The translations under genes were made by a program, and so were the position numbers. Shown here piece after piece: positions 63,121 through 64,000 of a DNA stretch of 64,000 nucleotides. The notes below the pieces were generated by a model that saw nothing but the letters and a program-made list of their open reading frames with translations, was not told the origin of the DNA and made no database searches. This DNA is from an uncultured Chloroflexia bacterium. Lineage in GTDB: Bacteria; Chloroflexota; Anaerolineae; JAAYZQ01. Numbering within the stretch: the stretch's first letter is position 1; every line of letters begins with the position of its first letter. The DNA lies in NCBI GenBank assembly GCA_963700285.1, contig CAVOXA010000015.1, forward strand, positions 128,001-192,000, read 5' to 3'.

Positions 63121-64000
63121 ATGGAATTCCACGTGTCCCGTCAGGCGCGGGATCGCTACCAGTTCGAGGATTCGCTGTTTGCTTTGAGCGGCAACGTTGT
63201 CTTTGCCAATCTGCACGGTGCTCGAATCTTTGCTCAGAGGATGAACGATAGGCGCGATCTCGTCAGTTTCCCCGAGCAAGCGGTCAGGGCTGGACAGATC
63301 AATGCGATGGGCCTTATTGACGAGATCTTGCACCTTACCATCCAGCAGTATCGCGAGCAAAAGAATCCCGATGCCATGGCCAAAGCGCTGGATTGGCTTT
63401 ACGGGCACCTGGGTGACGTGGCGGTCAACGACGCCCTATACAGTTTTGCCGACGAGTTCCCTCCCCTTGCCGTCTACCGGCGTGAGGTCAGCCTGGAAGA
63501 CTATATCGAGGGCAAGACCGCAGGCGTCCCCCACCGTCAGATCCTGCTGGAAGAGATGCTGATGCTGTGGCTGGCCAATGCCAACCCGGCCTTCGGCCCG
63601 TTTCGGGAACTGTTCGACGACTCCGACTTGGTCAGGGAAACAGCCTATCGTCACATCCTGACCAGCTTGCACGATTACTTTGACACACAACCGCGTTTTG
63701 GTCCTGACCAACAGAATCTGATTGATATGCTGCGCGCACCAGCCCTGGCACATCCGTACTCCCTCTCCGCCCAACTGGAATTCGTCCGCCAAGAATGGAG
63801 TTCCCTCCTGGGCAGCTACTTTTATCGCCTTCTCGGCGGTTTGGACTTGATCGCTGAGGAGGAGAAGGCTATTTTTGTGGGTCCCGGCCCTGCCCTGGTA
63901 TACGAATATGGCGAACTGGAATTTGAACCGGAGCGTTTCAGCCCTGACCTCGACTGGATGCCCAGCTTGGTGCTGATGGCCAAGAATACCTACGTCTGGC
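63121..64000 (+). CDS. Large alpha-amylase family (GH13-like) protein, 3'-partial
   Basis: Open frame to the window end: MEFHVSRQARDRYQF...AGQINAMGLIDEILH...EPERFSPDLDWMPSLVLMAKNTYVW. Product assigned from recalled N-terminal similarity; the catalytic domain is outside the window. Confidence 0.65.
   Translation, partial: MEFHVSRQARDRYQFEDSLFALSGNVVFANLHGARIFAQRMNDRRDLVSFPEQAVRAGQINAMGLIDEILHLTIQQYREQKNPDAMAKALDWLYGHLGDVAVNDALYSFADEFPPLAVYRREVSLEDYIEGKTAGVPHRQILLEEMLMLWLANANPAFGPFRELFDDSDLVRETAYRHILTSLHDYFDTQPRFGPDQQNLIDMLRAPALAHPYSLSAQLEFVRQEWSSLLGSYFYRLLGGLDLIAEEEKAIFVGPGPALVYEYGELEFEPERFSPDLDWMPSLVLMAKNTYVW

Overview
GC-rich bacterial chromosomal segment. Gene content and style are consistent with Chloroflexota (Anaerolineae-like); this is inference only. 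Many genes carry single-base frameshifts that look like long-read indel errors. Left part: CocE/NonD hydrolase, flavin monooxygenase, an IS1182-type element, a PadR-DUF364-Mrp operon, murJ and glmS. glmS is preceded by a glmS ribozyme carrying an unusual ~66-nt structured insertion, and a second IS sits between the ribozyme and its apparent promoter. A PemK/MazF-type toxin-antitoxin pair follows, with the toxin interrupted by two TGA codons. Middle: T-box-controlled thrS, araB/araD, infC (ATT start)-rpmI-rplT, TrmH, DUF711, a stand-alone EF-G with an attenuator-like leader, NmrA, PPK2, and a five-gene zinc-ribbon-rich Ser/Thr kinase-PP2C-vWA-FHA module. Right part (38-61.5 kb): a large putative N-heterocycle (purine-like) catabolic cluster. 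It contains FdrA/DUF1116/DUF2877 (AllF/G/H-like), three paralogous cyclase domains (one degenerate, fused in tandem), two three-subunit Mo-hydroxylases, CoxG, a BMP ABC importer, an Fe-S aldo/keto reductase and a class III CoA transferase. The window ends with a nitroreductase, a truncated methyltransferase and the start of a large alpha-amylase-family gene. No rRNA, tRNA or CRISPR array was seen.
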